In this document: positions 62,343 to 64,000 of the stretch, piece after piece
Numbering within the stretch: the stretch's first letter is position 1
How the letters are laid out: the number at the start of each line of letters is the position of its first letter
From: Utricularia gibba
Taxonomy: Eukaryota > Plantae > Magnoliophyta
Direction: 5' to 3'
NCBI GenBank assembly: GCA_002189035.1
Contig: NEEC01000011.1
Span: 1,178,001-1,242,000 of the forward strand
DNA length: 64,000 bases
Position numbers and translations under genes: made by a program
The notes under the pieces: model-generated
Database searches by the model: none
What the model was told of the DNA's origin: nothing
What the model saw: only the letters and a program-made list of their open reading frames with translations

Positions 62343-63315
62343 TGATAACTAAGTTGAGATAGATTATGTTTATCCAGACAAATGTCTATGTTTTTTTTCA
62401 GTTTTCAATTTTCTGAAGTTTTTTCTACTATCTTGCACTTAAGTCTTTCATTTCATAAAGTAAATAAGAGTAGGTTTACATGGCATTATTAGTCTATACT
62501 TAAGACAATCACTCATGAAAATACATTCTACTTATTTGGTAACTTCTAAACTTGGATATATTAAGTTAGTTGTGTTATCAGTTTTTTTGTTCATATAAAC
62601 CTTCACAAGTTTTCAGATCATCTGATAAAATTATATTTATTTCCCTTATTATTTAAAGCATACCACACAATATCTAGCCACTCATTCTAAAATAAAGAAA
62701 AAATAATATATGAATATATCCATAATTAGAAATTTAAAAATAAGTATAAAAAGAAAGAAATATCGAATCTTATAAATGTTAAATAATTAAGTATGTTGTC
62801 ACGTTACTGTTCTTGATATGAAGTAATAACACCTAAGAACTGAAACAAGTTCTTCAATTAGGAAGAAAATTTTTCTTGTTATTCTTTTTAGTTCATCCTC
62901 TTCCCCTCTCATAAGGTGTTTGGTTTCGTATCTTATTTGAATGCTTTCAAAATTAATATATCTTTCTTGTGTTTTTTCATTTATCTAAGATATTTTATTT
63001 ATTGCATTTTATATTATTCATAGCCAAAATGTAAAGATTGTATGTAACCTAAATAATCTATCATGTGTCCCTTCTTGTATGATATGCTCGTCAATTAATT
63101 ACATATGAATTAGATATGATTTGTTTCATACTACTACAACTAACACATAGGTAAATGTTAGAAAATATAATATGGATTAAATTGCATTTATGCATAAAAT
63201 TGTAAAAAAATACTAAAATTATTAAAATATTAAAAATATCATATAAAACAACTAATTTAGTTACAAAATATCTTAATTCTATAATAAAAAAATGATTAAA
63301 AAATGTGTGTTATCA
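62343..63315 (-). mobile_element. Diverged family X-like solo LTR
   Basis: TGATAAC at 62343 and AAATGTGTGTTATCA ending 63315 (same terminus as copies 2 and 5). Flanks GAAAA/GAATT match only 3/5; the interior is poorly alignable by eye. Confidence 0.45.
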
Positions 63316-64000
63316 GAATTTTGTGATTAATACAAAGTGTAGGAAGCACTATGTAAAGAGCAATACGCAAGTTCAACGCAGCACCGAGTATAGCAATATG
63401 AGGTACTGTGTGCCTCCACAAGTTTAATGTCGCATTGGATAGTGCAGATAGCCACACTTGATAGAAATTGTACTCTTCTGCAAATCCAATGAAATATCGA
63501 ATAGTGTAGATCACGCTATTTAATTGAAACTATATTCTTCTGCACTTTCAATAAAAGGTGGTGGATTTATTCTTATTCATTTGGTGAATCAAAATCCACA
63601 CAAAACCCTAACCAATTGCCCTCTAAGTGCCATCAATGGTATAATTTTAGTTAATAATATCAGGTTTTGAAAAAACTTAAATATAGCATTCTTACATTAA
63701 AAATGAATCATTTTAATCTTCCTGAATGATATCATTTGTGCTCCACCCCGGCTACTGGACTCAGGTGTCCAAAATATATGAAAGTAAGTCTAATTCAGGG
63801 TATTTTAGATAAATGGCCCCTGTTTCACTTGTATCTAATAAAAGTAGACATTGTGTGACTTTGGTTACAAAATTGATCATGATCTAATTTTAAATAATAA
63901 TAATAATACAATCGTTTTTTATATGATTATTTTATTTTATATATAAACATAAATAAATAGTTTTTAATAAAAAATATTATATATTCTATAATATATTAAT

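Noticed and set aside
1-64000. CRISPR arrays, rRNA or prokaryotic systems
   Set aside because: Spliceosomal introns and plant TEs show this is plant nuclear DNA; no regularly spaced repeat-spacer array or rRNA was seen.

Overview
Plant nuclear DNA: a retrotransposon-rich region with a few intact genes. Genes supported by my own exon-by-exon translation are a small single-pass membrane protein of unknown function (-, 6915-7246), RAD23 (-, 12 exons, 23769-26371), and a compact 9-kb cluster of CER3/WAX2-like (+, 11 exons, 38365-41063), a GPI-anchored fasciclin-like AGP (+, 41361-42170), chloroplast ClpC (+, 9 coding exons, 43288-46997) and tRNA-Asp(GTC) (47240-47311). A decayed Nudix hydrolase lies at about 58040-58830. 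The rest is mostly degraded Ty1/copia, Ty3/gypsy and MuDR remnants plus at least seven solo or partial LTRs, many with intact 5-bp target-site duplications (TSDs) and several nested. The most unusual structure is a circularly permuted copia (INT C-terminus, RT, RNaseH, single LTR, gag, PR, INT N-terminus; 49131-53467). It sits inside another copia between exact 19-bp direct repeats, which fits re-integration of a one-LTR DNA circle. Five -1 frameshifts at short homopolymers hit four otherwise intact genes and most likely reflect assembly consensus errors. No database searches were run; family names rest on motifs I recognise.
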